Of a DNA stretch of 64,000 bases, positions 62,764-64,000 are shown piece after piece. The notes under the pieces are model-generated. The model was not told the origin of the DNA. It was given only the letters and a program-made list of their open reading frames with translations, and ran no database searches. The position numbers and the translations under genes were made by a program. This DNA comes from Eledone cirrhosa (lineage: Eukaryota), in contig OZ024758.1 of assembly GCA_964016885.1 (NCBI GenBank), positions 4,898,001-4,962,000 of the forward strand, in the 5' to 3' direction. Numbering within the stretch: position 1 is the first letter of the stretch; each line of letters starts with the position of its first letter.

Positions 62764-63406
62764 TTAACACTTTAGCATTTACATTATTCCATATTTACTA
62801 TTATATTTTCAAGGTAAAGTCTTTACCTGACATAATTACCTCACATAATATCTCGCATATCATTTACATTACTCTATATTTACTATTATATAAGATTTTA
62901 CCTCACAATATTTCAGATATCATTTACATTACTCTATATATACTATTATATTTTCACAGTAAAGACTTTACCTCACATAACATTTACATTACTCTATATA
63001 TACTATTGTATTTTCATGGTAAAGGCTTTACCTCACATAATATCTCACATAACATTTACATTACTCTATATATACTATTGTATTTTCATGGTAAAGGCTT
63101 TACCTCACATAATATCTCACATAACATTTACATTACTCTATATATACTATTGTATTTTCATGGTAAAGGCTTTACCTCACATAATATCTCACATAACATT
63201 TACATTACTCTATATATACTATTGTATTTTCATGGTAAAGGCTTTACCTCACATAATTATCTCACATCAAATCTAGGAGATTTTGATGATGATATTTATT
63301 TTGAGAACCATACCTTAACATCAGTATGAGTTGCCAGTTATGGCCGGTTTGTAGGAGGTGAGAGAATTCTGGCCGAATATGGCCAGTTTAAATGCTAAAG
63401 GGTTAA
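62764..63406 (+). mobile_element. piggyBac-type MITE expanded by ~60-72-bp tandem units
   Basis: TTAA termini; CATTTACATTACTCTATATATACTATTGTATTTTCATGGTAAAGGCTTTACCTCACATAATATCTCACATAA repeated. Confidence 0.85.
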
Positions 63407-64000
63407 ATGTAATTTTTTGGGTCCTTTTTACTTTTTTTCTGTCCTTGGAAGATAGTGTTGAGGTGTTATCCATAATCATTGCAGGGTTACTATGTCTGGG
63501 TGAAAGGAAGGTTGGATAACATCTATGATCTTCGTTAGTCATACTTGGGGATCCAGCTGGATCGGTTGGAAATGGTTGTCTCCAACAGGACCCACTGGAA
63601 GGAGTGTTTGAGGAATTTGCACCCACAGCCCTCTCAACAATAAGTGGGCGAAGAAGAACTACCACCATTCCTCGAAAGCAACGGAGCAAATACTGAGTCT
63701 TTAGGTTAATATGCTTATATCAGAAGATGATATTCTTTCTTACTATTATTATCATCGGGCGCCATACTTTGAAGCATAGAGTTACCTCCCTTTATGTTCT
63801 GAATTCAAATCCCGCCGAAGTTAACTTTGCCTTTCATCCTTACGGGGTCAATAAAATAAAGTACCAGTAATGTACTGGATAATTGCTGGCCTTGTGCCAA
63901 AAGTAGAAACAATTATCATTAGTATCAGTTGGATTGGCAGTATCGGTAGAGGGTGGGACGTCATGCTTTGCAGCATAGAGTTATGACCCTTTACATTCTG

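Overview
Eukaryotic (animal) genomic DNA that is AT-rich and dense in introns, microsatellites and transposons. The repeat repertoire (tRNA-headed SINEs, RTE LINEs with (GAT)n tails, long (TA)n/(CA)n tracts) suggests a cephalopod such as octopus; this is an inference only. I assembled three spliced genes by hand from GT-AG boundaries and reading frame. (1) The 5' part of mitochondrial HSP60 (HSPD1, minus strand; coding exons 1375-1542 and 215-550, continuing off the left edge). (2) A complete 4-exon HSP10 (HSPE1, plus strand, 8727-16681, 101 aa), head-to-head with HSP60 across a short promoter that carries two perfect heat-shock elements. (3) A complete 17-exon MINDY4/FAM188B deubiquitinase (plus strand, 20834-59221, 674 aa). 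The introns hold RTE and R4/Dong-type LINE fragments, two SINE families, piggyBac/hAT/mariner non-autonomous elements, Penelope-like inverted repeats with hammerhead-ribozyme motifs, and many minisatellites. Most notable: a copy of MINDY4 exon 7 and its flanks inside HSP60 intron 1 in permuted order; hammerhead motifs in MINDY4 introns; a PHD-type finger inside an RTE reverse transcriptase; a piggyBac MITE family that repeatedly spawns tandem arrays; and several long hairpins. Homology calls rest on recalled protein and repeat motifs. No database search was run.
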